Shown one piece after another: positions 12,763 through 25,391 of a stretch of 59,769 bases of DNA (positions within the stretch are counted from its first letter, which is position 1; each line of letters starts with the position of its first letter). This DNA is from Chiloscyllium plagiosum (taxonomy: Eukaryota), in assembly GCF_004010195.1 (NCBI RefSeq), contig NC_057718.1, forward strand, positions 29,635,899-29,695,667. The letters run 5' to 3'. The position numbers and the translations under genes are program-made. The notes under the pieces were generated by a model that saw only the letters and a program-made list of their open reading frames with translations, made no database searches and was not told the DNA's origin.

Positions 12763-13412
12763 GTTATTGTGGTTCTGTTCGCCGAGCTGGGAATTTGTGT
12801 TGCAGATGTTTCGTCCCCTGTCTAGGTGACATCCTCAGTGCTTGGGAGCCTCCTGTAAAGCGCTTCTGTGATGTTTCCTACGGCATTTGTAGTAGTTTGT
12901 TTCTGCTGCTTCCGGTTGTCAGTTCCAGCTGTCCGTTGCAGTGGCCAGTATATTGGGTCCAGGTCGATGTGTTTGTTGATAGAATCTGTGGATGAGTGCG
13001 TGTGTGGCTACTAAGGATAGTTGGTCGTGTCGTTTCGTGGCTAGTTGGTGTAGCAGATGACAAGCAACATGAGTTCAACTGGGACAACACTACTATTATA
13101 GGACAAGCCAAACAAAGAACAGCCAGGGAATTCCTGGAGGCATGGCACTCATCCACAGATTCTATCAACAAACACATCGATCTGGACCCAATATACTGGC
13201 CATTGCAGCGGACAGCTGGAACTGACAACCGGAAGCGGCAGAAACAAACCACTATAAATGCTGGAGGAAACATCACAGAAGCGCTTCACAGGAGGCTCCC
13301 AAGCACTGAGGATGTCACCTAGACAGGGGATGAAATGTCTGCAACACAAATTCCCAGTTCGGCGAACAGAACCACAACAACGAACACCCGAGCTACAAAT
13401 CTTCTCACAAAT
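12763..13412. mobile_element. Penelope-like element remnant in inverted arrangement
   Basis: 12763-12995 is the reverse complement of ~13148-13380. GIY-YIG C-terminal peptide HEFNWDNTTIIGQAK...REFLEAWHS. A hammerhead-like core is present in each arm. Confidence 0.88.
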
Positions 13413-14867
13413 GTTTAAATAAGGTAGAAATTTGTCATTATAATCCCACCAGCAGGAGACTGATTCTTCAAACAGAGACATTGAAAGGACGTATTAAAAA
13501 AAAATCTAAAATCAGTGTTCTGAATGTGTACTCCAGACAATTATAAGTTCCTCAAGGCAAAATCGTAGTTTCGGTATTATTGAACAATTTTCTCATTTTT
13601 ATTTTTATTTTCTAATCAAATTCTCCTTCAATTCTAATTATGTTCAGGGTGTGAGGTGTAAATGCTAAAAGTGTTGAATTGGCTTGAACCTTTGTTTATC
13701 TAAACATCCTGTCCTGACACATTTTATTGTTTCACTGACCAGGCCACTGGTTCTAGTCATATATCCAGATATTCAGCAGTCAATAAATATAGTGCGAGCA
13801 TAATCCAAATGTTTATTCAAGAAGATTTAATGAGAAAAATAACAGATCAGTATCAGAGCATAACATTTTTGTTAAAGGCCATGTTCTTGATATCAACTGA
13901 TGGCTGGACCACCAATAGGCCATAGAACTTTTGTAACCTATGATCTCCTGCATGTTGAGATCCTGATCACAAGACTTGGATGGAAGGTACATTTATCTTT
14001 TCAAAGGGAAGTATCAAAAAATCATAAGAGGTGAGAGGCAGTTGTCCCTGAGCCTGGCAAGAGTTATTCACAGTTAATATGTAACATAAGATGGTCATGA
14101 AAGGGAAGGCAAAACGTAATGGACAGTTAAACCAACATCTGTTGTTAAGAATAAAAATGGATGGAATAACTAAACACCTTAAGAAGATTAGAAGTTAAAC
14201 AATTATTTGATTGCAACTTTCCAGATATTAAGGAGAATGTAAGGTAGATAAAATATTTCTCCTTTTAGAAGAGAAGTAGGAAGCATAGTCTAAAAATTAG
14301 GGCCAGACCTTTCAGAAATGAAACTAGGCAACACCTTTACACACAAAGAAATCTGTGAAGGTACAAGGCTTATAAAGCAGGAACACCTTTCATGGGAAAA
14401 TCAAGGGGTCTTCATGTCATTCTTGTGATGGATAGAGCACTAGAGAGGAAGAATGGAAAAGAAATGATCGGGTTTCGGAAACAAAATTGTCAAAATGCAA
14501 GAGGATGTTATTGGAGTCACCAGATTGAACAACAGTCAAAAAGAAATCAAGATAAGAAGAAATCAGCTATGTTTGGAAGGAAGAGCTTGAAACATGATAC
14601 TGAGCTCTTGACTACCTCCCATTATAATTTCCAATCCACTTCTTTTCTGACATCTCTGTCCTTAGCTCAATGTAACTTTAAGAAACAGCATCTTATCTTC
14701 AGTTGGGCATGTTATGAAGTTGAAGGCATTGTAATGTATCTTTAAGAGAGAATGAAATCTGGCAAGCACCTGTCAAGCACAAGTGTATTGCACAATTTGA
14801 AGATGTAACATTTGGGCTGTAACTTAGATACCTCATTGTTTAGATTCGAACTGCTATGAAAACAATC

Positions 14868-15388
14868 TGTTTAAATTATGCCCCAAGATACGAAAACCCA
14901 ATCACATTTGAATTTTACTGTTTTGACATTATCAAACCAATGAGATGATCTGATGTTTTGGGCTATAAAAAGCAAGCATTTTGAACAGCTAGCCAGAAAA
15001 AGAGCACCTTCTGCCATTTTCAGACATGCTACTCGAAAACTCTCTAGAAGACTGAAGACGACCCAGGGAGATCTACAGAGGTGGATCAACACTGCTGCCT
15101 GGTTTTGAAAATTGATTTGCTGTAAATTTAATAGGGGCTTTATCGGATCAGTATATTGTTAGAGAGTGGGAGATAGATAACAAATGTTTCAGACAAAGGC
15201 TGTGAGTTGTAAGTAGTTGTTGTTTAATGTTTACTTTTGGAGTTAAAGAATAAAGTTGTTATTTTTTCTTTAAATAGTGGAATTTGGGGTAGTTCTCTGT
15301 CACTCAAACTTTAACAGATTATGAGGCAAGGTAAGCTTTTTCTGTATGTTTGGTTTAATTAACAAAGGGTTTACCCTGTGCCGTAACA
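14868..15388 (+). mobile_element. Probable solo LTR (5' boundary uncertain)
   Basis: TATAAAA at ~14965, AATAAA at ~15249, and a 3' end ...CTGTGCCGTAACA. Confidence 0.5.
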
Positions 15389-15559
15389 GTTATTTTGCAG
15401 CATTCTGGACTTGCTGCATTAGACAATTTAAAATCATAACCATCATACCTTTTTTTTTCAGGAAGTAGTTGTTGGTAGTGATTGTGCTATCTCATTAATA
15501 CTCCCTCCAGAAACATTTTTACTTATCCCATCTTAATCCCATTTTGTCTTACACCATTA

Positions 15560-16320
15560 TAGGGACATAGGAGGAGGAGTATACTATTCAATCTTTCAGG
15601 CCTGTTCCATCATTCAATGAAATGCAGGGATCTTTTTTATCTTTGAATCTTTCATAGCCTTAACCTACCACAGACCTTTTCATATGTTCTTTCTTTTGTT
15701 TCCCTACTCCCTGTTTTTAAACTTGCTTAAGACCTGTTTCATTTCTAACTTTTCCAACTCAGCCAAAAGGGCCACGGATCTGAAATATTAACTTTGTTTC
15801 TCTCTCCACTGATGCAATATGAGTATTTCCAGAATTTTTCTTGTTATGTTATATTTCCAGAATTCATTGTATTTTATTTTTGCATATAAAACCGAACAGC
15901 TTAAACTAATGATCTGGCTGTTGTTATAAGCATCCTCCAGCTCTACTTCCTGTAACCCTATCAGCATATCTTTCTGTTCCTGTCTTCCCCATGTATTTAG
16001 TTAATTTCTCTTTAAATATATCTGTGCTATTTACCTCAACTATTTGACAGGGTACAAAGTTCCATGTTCCAACCACTGTCTTGATGAAGATTTTTTTTTT
16101 CCTGAATTCTTTATTTAACGATGAATATCTTATACTGATGACCCCTTATGTTTGGAAAACCTGTATGCCCAGAGGTCATAATATTTCTCTATATCTACCC
16201 TGTTCAATCCTTACATAATTTCCAAGATGACGATTAGGTCACACCTCAATCTTGTCATCCCAGAGAAGTCTTTCCTGATAGTTAAACACTCACAGTTCTG
16301 GAATCAGCATTGTCAACATT
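15560..16320. mobile_element. Old CR1 tail interrupted by a Penelope pseudo-LTR remnant (~15675-15880)
   Basis: CR1-type tail ACATAGGAGGAGGAGTA, with GAAATATTAACTTTGTTTCTCTCTCCAC pLTR-type sequence inside. Confidence 0.55.
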
Positions 16321-16889
16321 TTTTGAAGGATGGTTATATTTAAAGTTTCTGTTCTACAAGTACCTGTTGGTTCAAACTACAGAATTGAGGAGAAGAAATG
16401 CACACTTTTATATAGCAACATTTTGTTTTAAGCGCAGTTCCAAGGGTTTCTCAGAATTGTTGAATGGATATTTGTACTTTAGCATACAGAGAGCTAACGA
16501 CAGTTACTTGAATTCTTTGACCAAGATACAAACAGCTCACCAGTATACATCTTCTTCTTGAATGAAGAGCAAATGAGAACCAACTGCACGACCACAAACT
16601 CTAGCTCTTTCCCAGAACTTCAAAGCTTTGGAACTAATTGCTTTATAGCCCTTTAGTGCCAGGTTAACAAAATCCAATCATTATTTCTTCACGTATTTAG
16701 AAAAACAATCAGTCAGAGTACAGAAAAATATAATTGAACCCTTTGTGCCTATACCTACTCTTTGGCCATCTACCATCTGTTTTCAACTTTGCTGGTGTCC
16801 TGCACTATATTTTTTATCATCCGTTATTTCGCTTTCCAACAAAAAAAAATGAGAAAGATTGTTACTTCAAGTAACAATCAACTTCAAGT

Positions 16890-17213
16890 GGGTGGCACGG
16901 TGGCACAGTGGTTAGCACTGCTGCCTCACAGCGCCAGAGACCCGGGTTCAATACCCGCCTCAGGCGACTGACTGTGTGGAGTTTGCACGTTCTCCCCGTG
17001 TCTTCGTGGGTTTCCTCCGGGTGCTCCGGTTTCCTCCCACAGTCCAAAGATGTGCAGGTCAGGTGAATTGGCCATGCTAAATTGTCCGTAGTGTTAGGTT
17101 AAAGGGGTAAATGTAGGGGTATGGGTGGGTTGCGCTTCGGCGGGGCGGTGTGGACTTGTTGGGCCGAAGGGCCTGTTTCCACACTGTAAGTAATCTGATC
17201 TAATCTAATCTAA
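16890..17213 (+). mobile_element. HE1-type tRNA-derived SINE, full length and young
   Basis: A box TGGCACAGTGG, B box GGTTCAATACC, central GTGGAGTTTGCACGTTCTCCCC, (TAATC)n tail. CpGs are retained. Confidence 0.95.
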
Positions 17214-18889
17214 AATATTTTTCAGAATCCAATGACTGTGCAAAGAGTGAACCTGTAGTATCTTTCTACTGAGATGGACCTCCTGATTTCTACAATCTTT
17301 ACATTGTTCCATTTTCATAAATGCACCAAACTTCCTCCAGCTGAGGCTGTAAACTCAAAGGCTAAAGGGCAGTCTTTGCAATTAAACTTCTGACCTCCTG
17401 GGAGTAGATTGAAGAGTGCAGTCTCCGAAGCCAAAGTTTCTGTTGTTTTATTCCAACTTTGTTTAAAGTGATTAATTTAAAATTTAAAGTAAAAGGAATT
17501 AATACAGTTTATTTTGTCCTCTTTCTATCATCTGAGATCATCCTTCTGGTAGAAAGGTGAACTGTGTAGTATTCCACAACTGATGCACTGTCTAATGTCA
17601 AAAGTGTCTGCTCACATTACTTCACGGAGAGTTGAGAAGATTCTACATTATGCCTTTTGTTTGAGCCTGATTTGACAGAATCAGTCCCCACTCTGGCTCA
17701 TGGCACTTTTCAGATAGTCAGAGTTCCTGAGGGATGGGAATTTCAAGTACGCCATATTCAGTTTCAAATCAAACCCTGTCCCCCTTAGGAAGCTCTGTAT
17801 TGCATTATTAAAGCAGATGTCACCAGCCAAACCTTTATATCACAAGGCACATGGTAATGTACAGCAGACAGTAATTAGATGCCATTTATATTAACTAATT
17901 AAGATTTCCTCCATCAAGAGTGATCAGTTACTGTAATAAATGAAATACTATTAAAATGCAAACTAAACAACAAAACCTTTCTGCCCTCACTTCAATTATT
18001 TTTATCTTCATAGCTTTGTGTCAATACAAATGAAGAGCAAGGGTTCATTCTAAACATCCAATTTCCTAACATGTGTACCACAATGAATATTAGATGGTGA
18101 ACCATATCATCGTCATGATTTATTTACTTTTCCATGTGATAGGGTTTTGCATCAAGAAAAAGGCTGTAGTTTTGCTGTGAAGCGTAAAACTTTGCTGTAA
18201 TTGAGTTCTGGAGTGGTAAAGCCACTCAAGAGGCTATGGCCCCAGAGGTTTGCCTGAAACCTGCCTGTCAGCTGGTGTTAGATCACAACTCAAACAGGGC
18301 ATGCTTTCCTGTTCCCGCTAAAGACTTGTGTGGCAGAAAAAAATTGAAACTGTTCCTCGAGAAAAACTTAGCAACAGCTGCATTGTGTCAGCAGAAATAA
18401 TGATCTGAAACTTGCCCTCTGAGGAATGCTGGATTTAGTATTTATTTTCAAGGCTGGAATTGATAAATTGTGCATTACCCATCTAATAGCATGAGGGCAA
18501 AACATCTGTAAGTTAAATTAAATTAATTTATACTGAGCCATTTGTTCCATCTCCAATGTTATGAATAAAAGTTATCTCGCAGTTCATCTCTCCACCTATG
18601 CATACGTACAGAATGCTGTGTCAAATTAAATTAGGTACTTCCTTCCAAAATGCATATTTGTGCACTTCAGCTTCCCGCTAGCTATGCCACTGCTTTGCAT
18701 ATTAAAACACAATCTATTTTATTTTACTGGAGGTTAAATACTGTCTTGTCAGGAACCTTTTGCTTCCAACTTGACTTTGTATCTTGACTGTGATTTTTTT
18801 CAATGTTATTTTTCGAGACCTCCAGTTTTTGAAATAGTTTTTTTAAAAATAAATACTTAAGGGCCCAGCTTGCAATCAGAAGATAAATC

Positions 18890-19630
18890 TGGCAGATGTT
18901 TGACATGGCTGCATCTGAGACAGGTAGACCTTAAACTCAGGTCTTCTAGCCCAGAGGTAAGAAGACTAATATTCTGTCACTAGACCATCAGCACACAGAA
19001 GACATTTATTTTAATCAAACTGTTTAGACATATTGTGAAACATCTCCAGTACAGGTGGGCCTTAAGCCTGGATCTTCGAGTCTAGAGGAAGGGGTGTTAC
19101 AATTGCATCATAAGACCACACTCAGAAGACATTTTACATCACACTTGAATAAAATCAAAATACTGCGGATGCTGCAAACCTGAAACAAATGTACAGAATG
19201 CTGGAGAAACCCAGCAGGTCTGACAGCATCTGTGAAGACAGAAATAGAGTTAACATTTCGAGAAGAGTCATACCTAAGTTGAAGCTCCAGTATTCTCTGT
19301 TTTCAATCAATTTGTTTGGACATGTTATGCCACTCCTCTGGAGCAGGTGCGACTTGAACCTGGGCCTTCTGGGCTACAGATAGGAAAGCTACCACAGTGG
19401 CATTCTGACACCATGCAGCTGCAATATTTTTAATCAACTTGCTTGGACATGTTATATCACACCTCCAGGAGAAGTGAGACTGAAATCTAGTCTTTCAGGC
19501 CTAGAAAAACCAGTGAATCACAAGAACCTTGCCCTTCTGCTGCAGAGGCAGGAATACTATCAACAAGGCCACAACCAACCGAGGTAAAGCACTTTTATTT
19601 TTAAGCAATGTTTAGTCACATTACAACACA
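18890..19630 (-). repeat. Tandem array of ~5 degenerate ~125-bp tRNA-like SINE-head units, with a Penelope pLTR at ~19150-19290
   Basis: Recurrent TTT(A/C)AATCAA...GTTT(A/G)GACAT...CAGGTG...CTT(A/G)AA.CTGG unit at ~18895, 19010, 19300, 19428 and ~19595. Confidence 0.7.
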
Positions 19631-20846
19631 TTTCCAATGAAGAGCAAAGACATTTATGCTGTGCTTCGTCTAAGTTAGACTGCAATTTTAACTGTCACCG
19701 ATATGTAATTTATATTGTTCATTATACTTCTTTGTTGATATGATTTTAATAATTTTTTCTGCAATATATGTAAGCCATAACATGTTACCTTAATTAAAAA
19801 TCTGGCATTTATAAGCAACAATTGAAGCTAAAAGCTGTTCTGGAAAAAAAATGAGAAGTAAAGATTACTATTTCAATTATAATGCAATATGCTGCTGTGA
19901 TCAGTTTTGAAGAAAAACATAGCAGAACTAATTTAAACTGAAAGTTGTTTGGGAGCAGGGAAATTCTGCAACTGACTGAAGGGAATGCAAAAGGCCTCTG
20001 TATTCTTACTGAGTGATGTTTTGTCTGACCTCAGCTAAGCATTCACTGTATACCTGAAGAAAATTTGTTTGTATGATATCCGGTTTCAATTGAATTCAAT
20101 AGAAGTAAAAATCAGGAGAAATATAAAAAACAGGGTGTCCATAAGACCATAGGATCTTGCTCAAAATCTAGACCTTTTCCAGAGTTTGTGTGTGTGTGCG
20201 TGCGTGTGTGAGTGACACATCACTTAAAATTCAGTGCATTTATTGGAATGAAATGATCTTGATATCAACTTTGACTTTGACTGCTATTTTATCAACAGTT
20301 CCTGGTTGCGCAATACAACTAAATAAGCCATTAGCATGAAAATATTTTAAACACATTTTCTTATGGCAATGCCAATCCCAGCATTTTATGATACATCATG
20401 ATCAAAGACATGTAAAACAGAAGCAAAGGGTGATTATTGATTTTGGACAGTAACACAAAGCGCATGGCAATGCATCAGCAATTCAACTTATATCTGCAGA
20501 TATTTTATTCCTATTGAAGAGACTATGTTGCTGTGGTAAGTTTCCTGCGCAGTAACTTGAGTCAGAAACCCTTTAATAGAATGGTACAGTCCTCTTTCTT
20601 CCTAAAATTTGTAGATTTCATGATGCTGCTGTGGCAAAATTATCTTCAATGTGTTGGACTGAACAGGATCAATAGACTTGCTGTGGATATGAAGTGGCAC
20701 CTGAAATATACTATGCATGTTCTACATTACTATGGGCAATATACCAACAGATCAACGCAATAACCTGAAGTTTCTGCACTGGGAACTCAGTAGGTAGCTG
20801 GTTGGAGAATTGCATCATCAGCTGCAAGAAGACCTGTTGATCATGA

Positions 20847-21272
20847 TATATTGCTGAAAATGGCACACTTCTTCAAAGTGTTTCAACTTGCACTCATCAG
20901 GACAAGTCACAAGTGTATCAAACAAAATTATACTATATGAGATGAGTAGGGTAATTGGTTGGCAAGTGAACTCTGATTGGTAGGGGTGTTGTTGCCATGG
21001 AAAGTGCACCAGGTAATGATGGCTGACAGTTAATTGCCAAGCATTGTTTAAATTTTGAAAAAGGCAAGTGGTAAGTTGACTTTTTTTTGACAAGCCTTTG
21101 TCCTGAGAAATGAGCCAGAGAATGAATATCACCTATTTTATTGCACTGAAACAGGTACAATTTGTACACATGCTGTATCTATCTGCAAAGGACAGGGACC
21201 TGTATATTAACATACATACTCTGATTACAAGATGAAATGTATCAACAAAATGTGTCTATTTTCAGCAATATA
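20847..21272. mobile_element. Non-coding element with inverted termini, Penelope-like
   Basis: TATATTGCTGAAAA...TTTTCAGCAATATA inverted ends. CTGATGA...GAAAC core on the minus strand at ~20878-20900. Confidence 0.65.
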
Positions 21273-23719
21273 CATGTTATGTAGAACCAAACAACTAGAC
21301 CTTTGTGCATTGGCAAACTGGAGAAAGCCTTGATGCATTCTGGCTAACAAGAAACTCCGGGGATGATGCAATCTGAGTACACTTGGACTGCTCACCTACA
21401 GCTACTTTGAGACTTGTTTCCTGCATTTTGAAAAGAAAATTGCTTCCAAGAGTTAAACTGAGACAGAAAAACTGAAAGGCAAGTTGAAATAAGTTGGAGA
21501 ACCTCAACAAATCATTGGTATACTTTATATGTATATGAGGTGGTGGTAGAGCATATTCGCAAACATCAGGCCTCTACAGTTGATAACACGAAGAGTGTCT
21601 GGTACACTTCGATGTGTGCCAGCCATCGCACTGTTGTGATTATTTTTTACAACTGAAATACATAGGTAGATTTGCTGTTGATGATGTCATAAACTCATAG
21701 GTCAAACCAATTGCTTTCAACACTCTCTTAAGTCACTCAATACATAAGCACTCCACACACTCACACTTTGACCTGTGAACAGTTTAAGAGTCATGATACA
21801 TTGATCAGCTGTGCATTTCAATTTTCCTCTTGGGAAACCTCTAGGTTTCATTCTTAGGAGAATCATTACATGTACAAAATAGATCAAAACTAATAAATTT
21901 ATGTTTATGTTAATGTTAATTTTCAACACAATTAATAAAGACAAATCATACATACCATTTTAAAAGTTCTCCCTGGTTTCACAGCTTTGGTGTTACGTAC
22001 AAACATAAAGAAATATTCTTTAGTTCTTTCGCACATATCTATAAACCTTGCTTTCAAAATCCAAACAAAAAGACTGTACATTAGTAAAGTGGACTCAATA
22101 AATTAACTGCTCTGCTTAATTTCTGACACTTTCACATTCTTTAGAACTGAAGTGATGTCACGGACTATTACTTAACTGGTTAAGTGACTGTTAACCCACT
22201 TGACAGGTGCCAAAGAATCATTAGTGAAGATGACTGTAATTGTCCTGCTTTTTGATGGAAAACCCATTGATCAAACGCACCCATTGGGAAATTTAAGCAA
22301 TTAACATTAAAATGTTGTTAAAAGAAAAAGGTAATTACCAAATTAACACCATAGTTTCAAAAAGCAGAAAATAAGCCCTTGATCTGTGTCAACCTTTCTG
22401 AAAATGAAACACTCCTTTAATAATATGGCTAATGGCCCTAGCCAAGAGGATGAATGAGTTCTACATGAAAAGTCTCTTGATATGTCAGAGTCCATGGCAT
22501 GAAATTTGTTTATTGTTATTTGGACATTTTGGTCTCAGTGTTTTTGTTTTATGTTTAGAACAGGATGTAAAAGGAAGAGGATAAAGGAAGAGTGAAGTCA
22601 ATTGCTTCTATTTGCACTTAAAATTTGGAGGACCATCAATGATTATACGCTAACAGTAGGATCAGATTGTTTTTGAATTCTTCTGCATATAATATCATTA
22701 AAGAATTGATTTCTCAGTGGCAAAGTTTGCAGGTTTAACATCTTAACCAGCATTGTGACTTTTACCAATTGAAGTCACATGTTTTTGTCATTTATATAAA
22801 TGATTTGGATGTGAACATAGGAGGTATGGTTGGTAAGTTTGCATATGACACCAAAATTGGAGGTGTAGTGAACAGCGAAGAAGGTTACTTCAGAGTACAA
22901 TGGGATCTTGACCAGATGGGCCAATGGGCTGAGGAATGACAGATGGAGTTTAATTTAGATAAATGTGAGGTGCTGCATTTTGGAAAAGCAAATTAGAGCT
23001 AGACTTATACACTTAATGGTAAGGTCCTGGGGGGTGTTGCTGAACAAAGAGACCTTGGAGTGCAGGTTCATAGTTCCTTGAAAGTGAAGTCGCAAGTAGA
23101 TAGGATAGTGAAGAAGGCGTTTGGTATGCTTTCTTTTATTGGTCAGAGTATTGTGTATAGGAGTTGGGAGGTCATGTTGCGGCTGTACAGGACATTTATT
23201 AGGCTACTTTTGGAATATTGCGTGCTGTTCTGGTCTCCTTGCTACCGGAAGGGCGTTTTGAAACTTGCAAGGTTCAGAAAATATTTACAAGAATGTAGAC
23301 AGGGTTGGAGGATTTGAGTTACAGGGAGAGGCTGAAAAGGCTGGGGCTGTTTTCCCTGGAGCATCGGAGGCTGAGGTGTGACCTCAGAGGTTTATAAAAT
23401 CATGAGGGGCATGGATAGGATAAATAGACAAGGTCTTTTCCCTGGGGTGGGGGAGTCCAAAACTAGAGGGCATAGGTTTAGAGTGAGAGGGGAAAGATAT
23501 AAAAGGGACCTAGGGGCAACCTTTTCACACAGAGGGTGGTGCGCATATGGAATGGGCTGCCCGAAGAAGTGGTGGAAACTGGTACAATTACAGCATTTAA
23601 AAGGCATCTGGGTGGATATGTGAATAGGAGAAAGTGAGGTCTGCAGATGCTGGAGATCAAAGTTGAAACTTTATTGCTGGAACAGCACAGCAGGTCAGGC
23701 AGCATCCAGGGAACAGGAG

Positions 23720-23755
23720 ATTCGACGTTTCGGGCACAGGCCCTTCTTCAGGAAT
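23720..23755 (-). ncRNA. Minimal type I hammerhead ribozyme
   Basis: Minus strand reads AUUC-CUGAAGA-A-GGGC-CUGU-GCCC-GAAAC-GUC-GAAU. Intact core, stem I (AUUC/GAAU), stem II (GGGC/GCCC), loopless stem III and a GUC cleavage triplet. Confidence 0.8.
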
Positions 23756-24385
23756 GAGCAGAGAGTGTTCAGCAGGACCAAGTGGAAAATGAAGTGTTGT
23801 TCTTTGAACTTGCGTTAAGGAACACTGCAACAGATCTGGGACAGAAATGTTGGTGTAGGAACACAGTGGTGTGTTGAAGTGGAGGCAGTGGGAAACTCTG
23901 GGTCATGTTTTACAGACAGAGTGTAGGTGTTCAGCAAAGCGGTCATCAAATCTGTGTTTCATCTCCCCCGATATACAGGAGACCACATTCTGAGCAGTGA
24001 ATGAAATAAATGAGTTGAGAGAAGTGCAGGTAAGCTGCTGCTTCACCTGGAAGGTGTGCCTGAGGCCTTGGATACTGAGGTTGGAGGAAGTAAATCGGCA
24101 AGTAAGTCACCTTGTGCAAGACCAACCCCTTCCCACAAACGTCACTTCAATATATTACCACCTTTCCTGAGCTGTTAACAGTTCTGATGAAGAATCGCCA
24201 GACTCGAAATATTATCTTGCTTTCAAAGAACACAGAACATTACAGCACAGTCCAGGCTCTCTGACCCTCAATGTTGTGCTGACCTGTGAAACCAGCCTGA
24301 AGCTGAACTAACCTGCATTGTGATGCGGTGGAGGGCACCGTCGACCACGTCGGGGGGGGGGAAATTGCGGTCCTTGAAGAAGGAG

Positions 24386-24460
24386 GCCATCTGTGTTGTA
24401 TGTACTTTGAGCCATCTGTGTTGTACGTACTTTGAGCCATCTGTGTTGTACGTACTTTGA
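24386..24460 (+). repeat. 3 x 25-bp tandem repeat
   Basis: GCCATCTGTGTTGTA(T/C)GTACTTTGA occurs three times. Confidence 0.97.
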
Positions 24461-25391
24461 GGATATGTGAATAGGAAGGGTTTAGAGGGATATGGGCCAA
24501 GAGCTAGCAAATGGGACTAGATTAGGCTAGAATATCTGGTCGGCATGGACGAGTTGGACTAAAGGGTCTGCTTCAGTGCTGTACGTCTCAATGACTGACT
24601 CTCTGACTAAGTAAAATTGTATAATAATGTTTGCACATTAGTCCAAATATATATTTGTAGGTATATTCTTGGTGCATTCATCAAAATCATAATATGTAGG
24701 GTAGAATGCTTTTAAGAGAAGGGAGCATAATGACAACATTACACCGATGATGGGCAAATTAATAGAAACATGCAAGAAGAAAGTATTCTGGGTTGGAAAG
24801 ATGTTGATGAAAGACTAGGGCTAACTATGAAAGTCACTTGGTTGAAAACAGGAGCAGAAAAGCTTCCCCAATGGTGTATAGCACAAAATCACTGTCTGGT
24901 TGTAATGCCAACTGTTTGGACTGATCAGTCTGAAATATGAATGTGATATGTAAAGCTAGTCCCAGTAATCTGCTGTCATTACTTTGACTGACCTATGTGT
25001 GACTCCAGATCCACAGCAAGATAGTTAAATCTTAACAGCTTCTGCAATGGCCAAGGAAGCAAACCACTCAGTTCAGGGGAAATTAGGATTAGGCAACAAA
25101 TTCTCACCTTACCAGTGATGCCCATACCCCATAAAATAGAGTCTGTTAGGTCTACTCATTTGATGCTTGAAAATGAGTTACAGTCCATCATTAAATTTAT
25201 GCCTTTTAATCAATAGACTTTAAAGTAAATACAAATTTCTTTCAAAATAACCTGTAAAGCTAAAACTAATCATCAGTAGGCTAAAAGGCCAGTTGACCTG
25301 AGAAGCAATTGTTATCCCAGACTGCCACCGTTGACTATATGTAAGACTAGAATAGACCCATGTTTGGTCTCTGAGGGAATCAATGGATATA

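Larger units (their letters stand above)
23630..24460 (-). mobile_element. Composite Penelope-like insertion with a 16-bp TSD
   Basis: GGATATGTGAATAGGA at 23614-23629 and 24461-24476. Contains a pLTR, a GIY-YIG remnant and an RT-region peptide QMASFFKDRNFP. Confidence 0.85.
22783..24608 (+). mobile_element. 5'-truncated CR1 LINE carrying a nested insertion at 23630-24460
   Basis: RT region through the 3' tail, same family as 1-650. Confidence 0.93.

Noticed and set aside
16890..16970. tRNA gene
   Set aside because: The tRNA-like A/B boxes continue into a SINE body and tail, with several copies in the window.
24386..24460. CRISPR-like array
   Set aside because: The repeats are contiguous with no spacers, and the context is eukaryotic.
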